Positions 20,357-28,586 of a stretch of DNA of 64,000 bases are shown in pieces. Source of the DNA: a virus; the IMG/VR virus record IMGVR_UViG_3300046804_003617, positions 1 to 64,000 of that record. One strand, written 5' to 3'. Both the position numbers and the translations under genes were made by a program. Below the pieces are notes generated by a model, which was not told the DNA's origin, searched no databases, and saw only the letters and a list, made by a program, of their open reading frames with translations. Position 1 is the first letter of the stretch. Each line of letters opens with the position of its first letter.

Positions 20357-20611
20357 TTAAGCGTAGTTGATATTCACAAATATATACCTCAAGTCGGTAT
20401 TTCCACCACCATTCCAGCTACCAGCAATGAGCTTTGTGTCAAAACTTATTTCCTGCGCTGGAGAATATTGAATTTTTTCATATAGCTGCGCCAAGTCTGT
20501 ACCATTGCTCTTAAAGCCAGTGTTTGCCGTAGCAGAGGACGTTCTCGGCTTAAATATACTATCCAAATCTGTGTCTACTCCACTTATTCTAACTTTGAAT
20601 CCGGATGCCAT
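20357..20611 (-). CDS. Small tail-fibre-associated protein, paralog 2
   Basis: 84 aa; shares KSNGTDLAQLYEKIQYSPAQEI and DLRYIFVNINYA with 20643..20879. Confidence 0.75.
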   Translation of the reverse strand: MASGFKVRISGVDTDLDSIFKPRTSSATANTGFKSNGTDLAQLYEKIQYSPAQEISFDTKLIAGSWNGGGNTDLRYIFVNINYA

Positions 20612-20642
20612 ATATGTTTAAATATTAAACCATTATTAGTTT

Positions 20643-20879
20643 TTAAGCGTAGTTGATATTTACGAATATATATCTGAGATCCACGCCTCCGGTTTTGAAC
20701 CCCGTATTGAAATTTATCTCTTGTGCTGGAGAATATTGAATTTTTTCATATAACTGTGCCAAGTCTGTGCCATTGCTTTTTATTCCGACATTTGCTCGCG
20801 CCGCACTGGTTCTTGCTTTAAACACGCTGTCCAAGTCGGTGGGCGTTCCGTTTATTTTTACTGTATAATTGGAAGCCAT
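20643..20879 (-). CDS. Small tail-fibre-associated protein, paralog 1
   Basis: 78 aa; starts 3 nt after the tail fibre stop. Confidence 0.75.
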   Translation of the reverse strand: MASNYTVKINGTPTDLDSVFKARTSAARANVGIKSNGTDLAQLYEKIQYSPAQEINFNTGFKTGGVDLRYIFVNINYA

Positions 20880-20882
20880 ACA

Positions 20883-23800
20883 TTATTTATTCTTCAGCTC
20901 CAATAATTGCGATTTGACTTCTTTTAATTCTGCTGATAGTTCTTTTACTGCGGCAATAAGTGCGGCGGTTAATTTACCATATTCCAATCCAGAAATATTA
21001 CCATCTTTGTCTTTGTTGACGATTGTTGGTATCAGTTCATTTACTTCTTCTGCGATCATGCCTATGTCGTTGGTTACATCCTTATTTTTCCAATCGAATG
21101 TGACTGGACGCAACTTTTGTATCATATCCATACCATTTGTCAAATCTTTAATATTTGTCTTGAATCTTCTGGATGATGTGCTGTTAAATGATACTGCGGT
21201 AACTGCTCCGCTTGAATCAAGAACAATGTTTCCTCCACCAACTCCCACTGTTCCGCTGAATGATCCTCCACCGGTACAATCAAATCCTCCGGTTCCTACT
21301 TCCGCTCTTCCGCAAACAATAGTGGAGGCTCCTCCACCAAACTGGAATTTGCTACTTGCATATTTGAATTCTGCACCAGCAAGTGTAAGTACTCCTAGAT
21401 CATTTAGTTTTGTAGAATACCCAGATCCAAGTTGAATAGAGGCGGCGGCACCTCCTCCGGTCAATAGAAGAGGATACGAACCGGTCAATCCAATCGTTGC
21501 TTGGTTTGTTGATGCATCGATACTCAACCCATTTCCTGTTATCTTTGCTGCGGAATTTGTTGCGCTCGATAATCCCCCCGCTCCTATGTTCCATCCGGCA
21601 ATAGTTCCTGAATTTGTCGCGGTCAACGACGTTGCCGTGACAGTTCCCGATATTGTTGCTGATGTGGCGGTCAATGCGCCTCCAGAAGTGACTTGGAATG
21701 TTCCGCTGTTTATATTCAATGTTCCACCAGTTATGGAAACATCCGCACAGCTTATGTTTCCGTTACTATTCAACGTCGTAGAACCGGCAGTCAATGTTGT
21801 GGACCCAATGGTCCATCCACCAATACTGCCGCCGCTATTGGCGTTTAAGGTAGAAACCGTCAGAGTACCATTACTGTTTAGTGTGGTAGAGCCGCCGGTC
21901 AAGCTGCTTGCGCCTATGGTCCATCCACCAATACTACCACCACTGCTTGCGTTTAATGTTGAAACTGTAAGCGTTCCGTTGCTATTTAGAGTCGTGGAAC
22001 CGCCCGTCAACGTACTTGCACCAATAGTCCACCCACCGATACTACCAGCACCGGCGGTAACGGTGCCACTTACAGTAGCAGATGACAAATTCGCCGAAGT
22101 CGCAGTCAATATTCCAGACGGACTTACACTGAAATTCGTAGAACCTGTGATAGAACCATTACTATTTAATGTCAATGCGCCTCCAGTTATGGTACTACTT
22201 CCAATAGTCCATCCACCAATAGTACCGCTTGTTGAAGTTATCTTTCCGGAAATATCCGCCGCACTCGCGGTTACACGGCCATTTGAATCAACTCTAAACG
22301 CCCCGCTTCCTATATTTAATGTACCACCAGTGATAGTACCTCCGCTTATGGTTGGAGAATTTATTGTGAGTGCAGCGTTTATTGTTCCGGCATTGATCTT
22401 GTTTGCATCCAAATTGCGAATATATGCCTGATCCATATACACTCCACTAATGTCAACGAGGAATGGAGTAATAACACTTCCTTCATCTCCCAGAGTATTC
22501 ACAACCTTAAACGTATCCGCTTGTATTATAAATGAAGAGGACGCGACGCTCGATGCTATTTTATATCCAGCAACTCTGTTTCCGGCTGTGACTGCCAGTA
22601 CATACTGGGCTTTCAAACTTACTACAGAACCGGATACCGCCGCTGATGTGGTCTGTGTCGTTGATATACTTGCGCTTAAATTTGATCCACTTATATTAAG
22701 TGCGCTTGTCAAGTTGTTGATGCTAGTTGCGGCTGACGAACTGTTGTTCGTGACTGTGTTGCTGAGACTATTAATGTTTGATTGTAAAGTAGAGCCGCTC
22801 GTATTAAGAGCGCTCGTCAAGTTGTTGATGCTGGTCGCGGCTGAAGCACTATTTGTGGTAAGAGTACTGTTTGTCGTGGTAATGCTCGAAGCCAGAGACG
22901 AACTGTTTGTGGTGATCGAACTACCCAGGCTGTCCATGCGGGTCGCCGCAGACGAACTGTTCGTGGTGACCGTGGTGCTCAGGCTATTGATGTTCCCCTG
23001 CAAGGTCGAACCGCTTGTGTTGAGGGCGCTCGTCAAGTTGTTGATGCTGGTCGCGGCTGAAGCACTATTTGTTGTGATAGTACTGTTTGTCGTGGTGATA
23101 CTTGATGCCAACGACGAGCTATTTGTCGTGATTGAACTACTTAAACTGTCCATTCTAGTAGCCGCAGACGAACTGTTATTTGTGACAGTGTTATTAACAG
23201 TGTTTATATTGGACTGCAACGTTGACCCGCTGGTATTAAGAGCACTGGTCAAGTTATTGATGCTGGTCGCCGCTGAGGCACTATTCGTGGTAACGGTGCT
23301 ATTCGTTGTTGTTATGCTGGAGGCTAGAGAAGAACTGTTTGTTGTAATTGAACTACTCAGACTATCCATACGAGTAGCAGCCGAAGAACTGTTGTTTGTG
23401 ACAGTTGTGCTCAGACTATTGATGTTCGATTGTAATGTCGAACCACTTGTATTCAACGCGCTTGTTAAATTATTTATGCTGGTCGCAGCAGATGCGCTGT
23501 TTGTCGTGAGAGTGCTATTAGTTGTTGTGATACTGGATGCCAACGAAGAACTGTTTGTGGTGATCGAACTGCTCAGAGTATCCATCCGAGTAGCTGCGCT
23601 TGAACTGTTATTCGTGACCGTGGTACTTAGACTATTAATATTCGATTGCAATGTCGAACCACTGGTATTCAACGCACTCGTCAGATTATTGATACTGGTT
23701 GCTGCGGACGAACTGTTCGTCGTCACGGTACTATTTGTCGTTGTGATGCTGGATGCGAGTGAAGCGCTATTTGTAGTAATAGAACTATTCAAGCTGTCCA

Positions 23801-26800
23801 TTCTTGTGGCTGCTGAAGAGCTATTATTCGTGACGGTTGTACTTAAGCTGTTAATATTTGACTGAAGAGTCGAACCACTGGTATTCAGCGCACTTGTTAG
23901 ATTATTCAAGCTCGTAGCAGCAGATGCGCTATTTGTGGTAACAGTACTATTCGTCGTTGTTATGCTGCTTGCCAAAGAAGCGCTGTTGTTTGTAATTGAA
24001 CTGCTTAAGCTATCTATACGAGTTGCCGCTGAGGCGCTATTGTTTGTAACTGTAGTACTGAGAGTATTGATGTTGGACTGCAACGTAGAGCCGCTTGTGT
24101 TCAATGCGCTCGTAAGATTGGTTATACTGGTTGCGGCAGAAGCACTGTTGGTTGTAACCGTGCTGTTTGTTGTCGTGATACTAGAAGCCAGCGAAGCACT
24201 GTTGGTTGTGATGGAACTTCCGAGGCTATCCATACGTGTGGCGGCGGATGAACTGTTTGTCGTGACCGTTGTGCTTAACGTATTAATATTCGACTGAAGA
24301 GTTGAACCACTAGTATTTAGAGCACTGGTTAGGTTATTGATGCTTGTTGCTGCCGATGAGCTATTTGTTGTAACCGTGCTGTTTGTTGTCGTGATGCTGG
24401 ACGCAAGAGAAGCACTATTGTTGGTAATAGAGCTGTTCAACGTGTCCATCCTTGTAGCCGCAGACGAACTGTTATTTGTGACGGTCGTGCTAAGAGTATT
24501 AATATTTGACTGTAAACTTGAACCACTTGTATTCAACGCACTGGTTAGGTTATTAATACTTGTTGCTGCCGATGAACTATTGGTCGTTATTGTGCTGTTT
24601 GTGGTGGTAATACTACTTGCCAAGGATGCACTGTTCGTTGTAATCGAACTGCTGAGACTATCCATTCTGGTCGCAGCAGATGAACTGTTATTAGTTACAG
24701 TGTTGCTCAGTGAAGTGATGTTTGATTGCAACGTAGACCCGCTGGTATTCAAAGCACTTGTGAGATTGTTTATACTTGTTGCAGCAGATGAACTGTTTGT
24801 TGTAACCGTACTGTTTGTTGTTGTGATGCTTGACGCCAGCGATGAACTATTGGTTGTGATTGCGCTGTTCAAACTGTCCATACGAGTTGCGGCGGAAGAA
24901 CTGTTTGATGTGACCGTGTTGCTTAACGATGTAATATTTGACTGCAACGTTGAACCGCTTGTGTTTAAAGCGCTTGTGAGATTGTTGATACTTGTGGCAG
25001 CGGACGAACTGTTTGTCGTTACCGTGTTCTGAACCGATGTGATATTCGACTGTAATGTGGAGCCACTGGTATTAAGAGCACTCGTTAGATTATTTATTGA
25101 TGTTGCCGCTGATGAGCTATTCGTTGTAACTGTATTGTTTACTGTTGTGATACTTGAAGCCAGCGACGAACTGTTATTGGTGATTGAACTATTTAAAGTG
25201 TCCATCCGCGTTGCTGCCGATGAACTGTTGCTGGTTACCGTATTGCTTAGTGAGGTGATATTTGATTGTAATGTGGATCCACTTGTATTCAACGCACTTG
25301 TCAGATTATTGATGCTGGTCGCGGCGGATGAGCTATTTGTGGTAACCGTGCTATTTGTGCTGGTAATGCTGCTTGCCAACGACGCGCTATTGTTAGTAAT
25401 AGAACTTGATAGAGTATCAATCTTTGTTGCCGCAGATGAACTGTTTGTAGTTACAGTGTTACTTAAAGATGTTATGTTTGACTGTAGTGTAGATCCACTT
25501 TGATTCAGTGCGCTGGTCAAGTTGTTTATACTTGTGGCTGCGGATGAACTGTTTGTCGTGATGGTGCTATTTGTGCTGGTAATACTCGATGCCAAAGAAG
25601 AACTGTTGTTCGTGATGGAACTATTAAGCGTATCCATACGTGTTGCAGCAGATGAACTGTTTGTGGTAACAGTATTGCTCAACGATGTAATATTGCTTTG
25701 TAGAGTAGATCCACTGGTATTTAGTGCAGCCGTTAAATTATTAATGCTTGTTGCCGCCGAAGCACTGTTTGTTGTTATCGTGCTCTGGGTTGATGTGATC
25801 GAAGCATTTAGCGAGGCGGAGGCGTTGGTATAAGAAGAACTCAGAGTCGTCAACTGTAGTGCGAGGGACGAGCTTGCGGTTGTCAACGAACTTCTCACAT
25901 CGGTGATAGATGCCGCCAATGATGCGCTGTCCAATGAACTGGATTGACCAGCCGATATAGAATCAATTCTTCCGGCAAATGACGAGGATGTATTGGTAAA
26001 TGTGGTATTCGCCGTTGTTATAGATGCCGCCAATGAAGCACTGTTGTTTGTTATAGAACTGGACAGCGTGTCGATCTTTGTTGCGGCAGACGAACTGTTG
26101 TTGGTGACAGTTGTGCTCAGAGTATTGATGTTGGACTGCAACGTAGATCCACTGGTGTTCAGCGCCGATGTCAAATTATTGATACTCACCGCAGCAGAAG
26201 AACTATTCGTTGTTATGGTTGACTGCGTGCTTGTGATAGAAGAGGCGAGAGAAGCACTTGCGTTAGTAATGTTGGTGGATACAGTGTCAACTCTACCGGC
26301 CAGAGATGAACTGGCTGTGGTCAAGGTATTGTTTGTTGTTGTAATGCTTGCCGCAAGAGAAGAACTGTTGGTTGTTATAGAACTGCTGAGTCCATCCATT
26401 CTCGTTGCTGCGGATGAGCTATTGGTTGTCACCGTTCCTTGCAACGTCGTCAGTGAACTTGCGAGAGAAGAACTGTTTGTTGTAACATTTGAAGAAATGG
26501 TATCAACTTTGGAAGCGAGTGATGAACTTGCATTTGTCAATGTTGTATTTACTGACGAAATTGATGAAGCAAGTGAAGCGCTGTTACTGGTAACTGTACT
26601 TGACAGGTTGTTTACTGCCGTGGCAGCAGATGCGCTGTTTGTAGTAACGGTGGATTGTGTGCTGGTGATGGAAGCGGCAAGAGAAGAACTTGCATCAGTA
26701 AATCCGGATGATATACTATCAACCTTAGCAGCAAGAGAAGAACTTGTATTGGTTAAAGTAGTGCTTGTGCTAGTTATTGATGCGGCAAGTGACGAGCTAT

Positions 26801-28556
26801 TAGTATTAATGCTGCTTTGCAATCCATCCATTCTCAATGCTGCGGATGAACTATTTGTAGTAACTGTTGTGCTTAACGATCCTATATTTGATGAAAGCGA
26901 AGAAGATGCGTCTAAGTAAGACGAACTTAATGTAGTCAGCTTTGCCGCTAAAGATGAGCTTGTGGTTGCCAGCGTGTTGTTTACTTGGGTTATGGAAGCA
27001 GCGAGAGAAGCACTGTCCAGTGATCCTGTTCCACCAGCCATTGCAGCAATAACATCTATTCTATTGGCAAATGACGAGGATGTATTGGTAAATGTCGTGT
27101 TTGTGGTGGTGATACTTGCAGCCAATGATGCGCTGTTGTTTGTGATCGCACTTGACAGTGTATCTATTTTTTGTGCGGCGCTGGAACTGTTTGTTGTTAT
27201 TGTTCCCTGAACAGAAGTTATTGTGGACGCAAGAGATGAGCTATTAGTTGTGACCGTACTGGACAGAGTATCCATTCTTGTAGCCGCCGACGAACTGTTT
27301 GTTGTCACAGTGCTACTTAACGTATTGATATTTGACTGTAAACTTGAACCACTTGTATTTAAAGCACTTGTCAAATTGTTTATACTTACTGCTGCCGAAG
27401 AACTGTTGGTGGTGATTGTTCCGTTGGTGGTGGTGATGCTGGAAGCCAATGATGCACTGTTTGTGGTTACTGTGCTGCTAACCGTATCTATTTTGGCAGC
27501 AAACGAGGAAGAGTCGGTGGTCACTGTTGCATATACACTTTGTATGGATGATGCCAGTGAAGCGGAATCTTGGGTGACTCTGTTGCTCACGCTGCTTAAG
27601 CTTGAAGAAAATGATGCCGAATTTAAAGTTATTGCCGAAGCAAGAGAAGCGGAAGCATCGGTAACAGAAGAACGTATTGAAGTAGAAACAGATGCGGCGG
27701 ACGCAGAGTTTGCGTTTATGCTTGCATACGCAGCGGAAATATTGCTATTGATGGACTGCGATACAATATACAAAGAAGAAGAAACCGTCTGTATGCTGGC
27801 GGATATTGCAGCTATGCTGCTGGAAGTTGATGATACAAGAGAAGAGGAAACTGAATTTATTGTGCTATACAAAGATGCGGTGGCAGAATTCAAGTTTTCA
27901 AATACCTGAGAAACGGATGCCGAGTTCTGAGTCACCGCCGATGCCAAAGATGAAGATGCGGTGTTTATTGCCGAATAAACTGCTACCAAACTTTGGGTTA
28001 TTGATTGATCTATGGAAGCGGACGTAGATGCTAAAATTTGCGGGACTATATCTTGAATACTCTGGGATACTATACTTGAAATTGAAGAAGAGATTACAGT
28101 GTTTACATCTCCCAGACTTTGTGATATTTGATTATTAAGGGATTGTGATACTGCATTTAATTGTGAAATACTAACCGAAGATGTTGGTAGTCCAATAACG
28201 GCCCCAGCACCATATTGTATACTTAATGTGCCGTCATCTTGGTCGGTGAGTCTTATATTTCCAACGTAAATACTACCAGAACTTACATACAAGTCTTTCC
28301 ATCTGTTTGAGGGACTGCCCAGATCATATATAGCATCTGTTATAGGAACCAAACTTTGGGATATTTGAGACCCATCAAATGTTCCTCCCGTGGTATATGC
28401 CAAACTGTTCCAAGCAGTAGCTCCATTGCCTATCTTCAATTTTCCAGTATCGGTCTCGAATCCAGCTTCACCACTCGAAAGTGTCGGGTTTACAAACGAC
28501 CAGTTTGCTGCCGTGTCTCTTCTTAGCTGTATTTTTTGGATTGCGATGGTTGACAT
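20883..28556 (-). CDS. Giant tail fibre (Mtd_N-like N-terminus, Ser/Thr/Asn coiled-coil stalk, DUF1983-like region, Gly-rich repeats, S74 intramolecular chaperone)
   Basis: IQLRRDTAANW..NPTL..GE.GFETDTGKLKIGNG; 18-aa repeats; AGYKIA..FIIQADTF..PF; IGGWTIG repeats; SSRRFKTNI...LRPVTFDWK...GMIAEEV...YGKL. Confidence 0.9.
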   Translation of the reverse strand: MSTIAIQKIQLRRDTAANWSFVNPTLSSGEAGFETDTGKLKIGNGATAWNSLAYTTGGTFDGSQISQSLVPITDAIYDLGSPSNRWKDLYVSSGSIYVGNIRLTDQDDGTLSIQYGAGAVIGLPTSSVSISQLNAVSQSLNNQISQSLGDVNTVISSSISSIVSQSIQDIVPQILASTSASIDQSITQSLVAVYSAINTASSSLASAVTQNSASVSQVFENLNSATASLYSTINSVSSSLVSSTSSSIAAISASIQTVSSSLYIVSQSINSNISAAYASINANSASAASVSTSIRSSVTDASASLASAITLNSASFSSSLSSVSNRVTQDSASLASSIQSVYATVTTDSSSFAAKIDTVSSTVTTNSASLASSITTTNGTITTNSSSAAVSINNLTSALNTSGSSLQSNINTLSSTVTTNSSSAATRMDTLSSTVTTNSSSLASTITSVQGTITTNSSSAAQKIDTLSSAITNNSASLAASITTTNTTFTNTSSSFANRIDVIAAMAGGTGSLDSASLAASITQVNNTLATTSSSLAAKLTTLSSSYLDASSSLSSNIGSLSTTVTTNSSSAALRMDGLQSSINTNSSSLAASITSTSTTLTNTSSSLAAKVDSISSGFTDASSSLAASITSTQSTVTTNSASAATAVNNLSSTVTSNSASLASSISSVNTTLTNASSSLASKVDTISSNVTTNSSSLASSLTTLQGTVTTNSSSAATRMDGLSSSITTNSSSLAASITTTNNTLTTASSSLAGRVDTVSTNITNASASLASSITSTQSTITTNSSSAAVSINNLTSALNTSGSTLQSNINTLSTTVTNNSSSAATKIDTLSSSITNNSASLAASITTANTTFTNTSSSFAGRIDSISAGQSSSLDSASLAASITDVRSSLTTASSSLALQLTTLSSSYTNASASLNASITSTQSTITTNSASAATSINNLTAALNTSGSTLQSNITSLSNTVTTNSSSAATRMDTLNSSITNNSSSLASSITSTNSTITTNSSSAATSINNLTSALNQSGSTLQSNITSLSNTVTTNSSSAATKIDTLSSSITNNSASLASSITSTNSTVTTNSSSAATSINNLTSALNTSGSTLQSNITSLSNTVTSNSSSAATRMDTLNSSITNNSSSLASSITTVNNTVTTNSSSAATSINNLTSALNTSGSTLQSNITSVQNTVTTNSSSAATSINNLTSALNTSGSTLQSNITSLSNTVTSNSSSAATRMDSLNSAITTNSSSLASSITTTNSTVTTNSSSAATSINNLTSALNTSGSTLQSNITSLSNTVTNNSSSAATRMDSLSSSITTNSASLASSITTTNSTITTNSSSAATSINNLTSALNTSGSSLQSNINTLSTTVTNNSSSAATRMDTLNSSITNNSASLASSITTTNSTVTTNSSSAATSINNLTSALNTSGSTLQSNINTLSTTVTTNSSSAATRMDSLGSSITTNSASLASSITTTNSTVTTNSASAATSITNLTSALNTSGSTLQSNINTLSTTVTNNSASAATRIDSLSSSITNNSASLASSITTTNSTVTTNSASAATSLNNLTSALNTSGSTLQSNINSLSTTVTNNSSSAATRMDSLNSSITTNSASLASSITTTNSTVTTNSSSAATSINNLTSALNTSGSTLQSNINSLSTTVTNNSSSAATRMDTLSSSITTNSSSLASSITTTNSTLTTNSASAATSINNLTSALNTSGSTLQSNINSLSTTVTNNSSSAATRMDSLSSSITTNSSSLASSITTTNSTVTTNSASAATSINNLTSALNTSGSTLQSNINTVNNTVTNNSSSAATRMDSLSSSITTNSSSLASSITTTNSTITTNSASAATSINNLTSALNTSGSTLQGNINSLSTTVTTNSSSAATRMDSLGSSITTNSSSLASSITTTNSTLTTNSASAATSINNLTSALNTSGSTLQSNINSLSNTVTNNSSSAATSINNLTSALNISGSNLSASISTTQTTSAAVSGSVVSLKAQYVLAVTAGNRVAGYKIASSVASSSFIIQADTFKVVNTLGDEGSVITPFLVDISGVYMDQAYIRNLDANKINAGTINAALTINSPTISGGTITGGTLNIGSGAFRVDSNGRVTASAADISGKITSTSGTIGGWTIGSSTITGGALTLNSNGSITGSTNFSVSPSGILTATSANLSSATVSGTVTAGAGSIGGWTIGASTLTGGSTTLNSNGTLTVSTLNASSGGSIGGWTIGASSLTGGSTTLNSNGTLTVSTLNANSGGSIGGWTIGSTTLTAGSTTLNSNGNISCADVSITGGTLNINSGTFQVTSGGALTATSATISGTVTATSLTATNSGTIAGWNIGAGGLSSATNSAAKITGNGLSIDASTNQATIGLTGSYPLLLTGGGAAASIQLGSGYSTKLNDLGVLTLAGAEFKYASSKFQFGGGASTIVCGRAEVGTGGFDCTGGGSFSGTVGVGGGNIVLDSSGAVTAVSFNSTSSRRFKTNIKDLTNGMDMIQKLRPVTFDWKNKDVTNDIGMIAEEVNELIPTIVNKDKDGNISGLEYGKLTAALIAAVKELSAELKEVKSQLLELKNK
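22650..27900 (-). repeat. 18-aa (54-bp) coding repeat organised into a 72-aa (216-bp) higher-order unit
   Basis: Unit TTNSSSAATSINNLTSAL / NTSGSTLQSNINSLSTTV / TNNSSSAATRMDSLSSSI / TTNSSSLASSITTTNSTV; most regular about 22700-26300. Boundaries approximate. Confidence 0.9.
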
Positions 28557-28586
28557 GATGTGTTATATGTGAATGCCTACCTATAA

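Noticed and set aside
22650-27900. CRISPR array or non-coding tandem repeat
   Set aside because: The repeats are in-frame, synonymous-variable coding repeats with no constant repeat/unique spacer pattern.
20869-27909. Long plus-strand ORFs (up to 471 aa) rich in Val/Leu/Glu
   Set aside because: They are antisense shadows of the repetitive fibre gene, whose Ser/Thr/Asn/Ala codons rarely give stops on the other strand. They have no independent signals.
20357-28556. Diversity-generating retroelement suggested by the Mtd_N-like domain and the duplicated downstream genes
   Set aside because: There is no reverse transcriptase in the window, and differences between the duplicates are not adenine-specific and include an indel.
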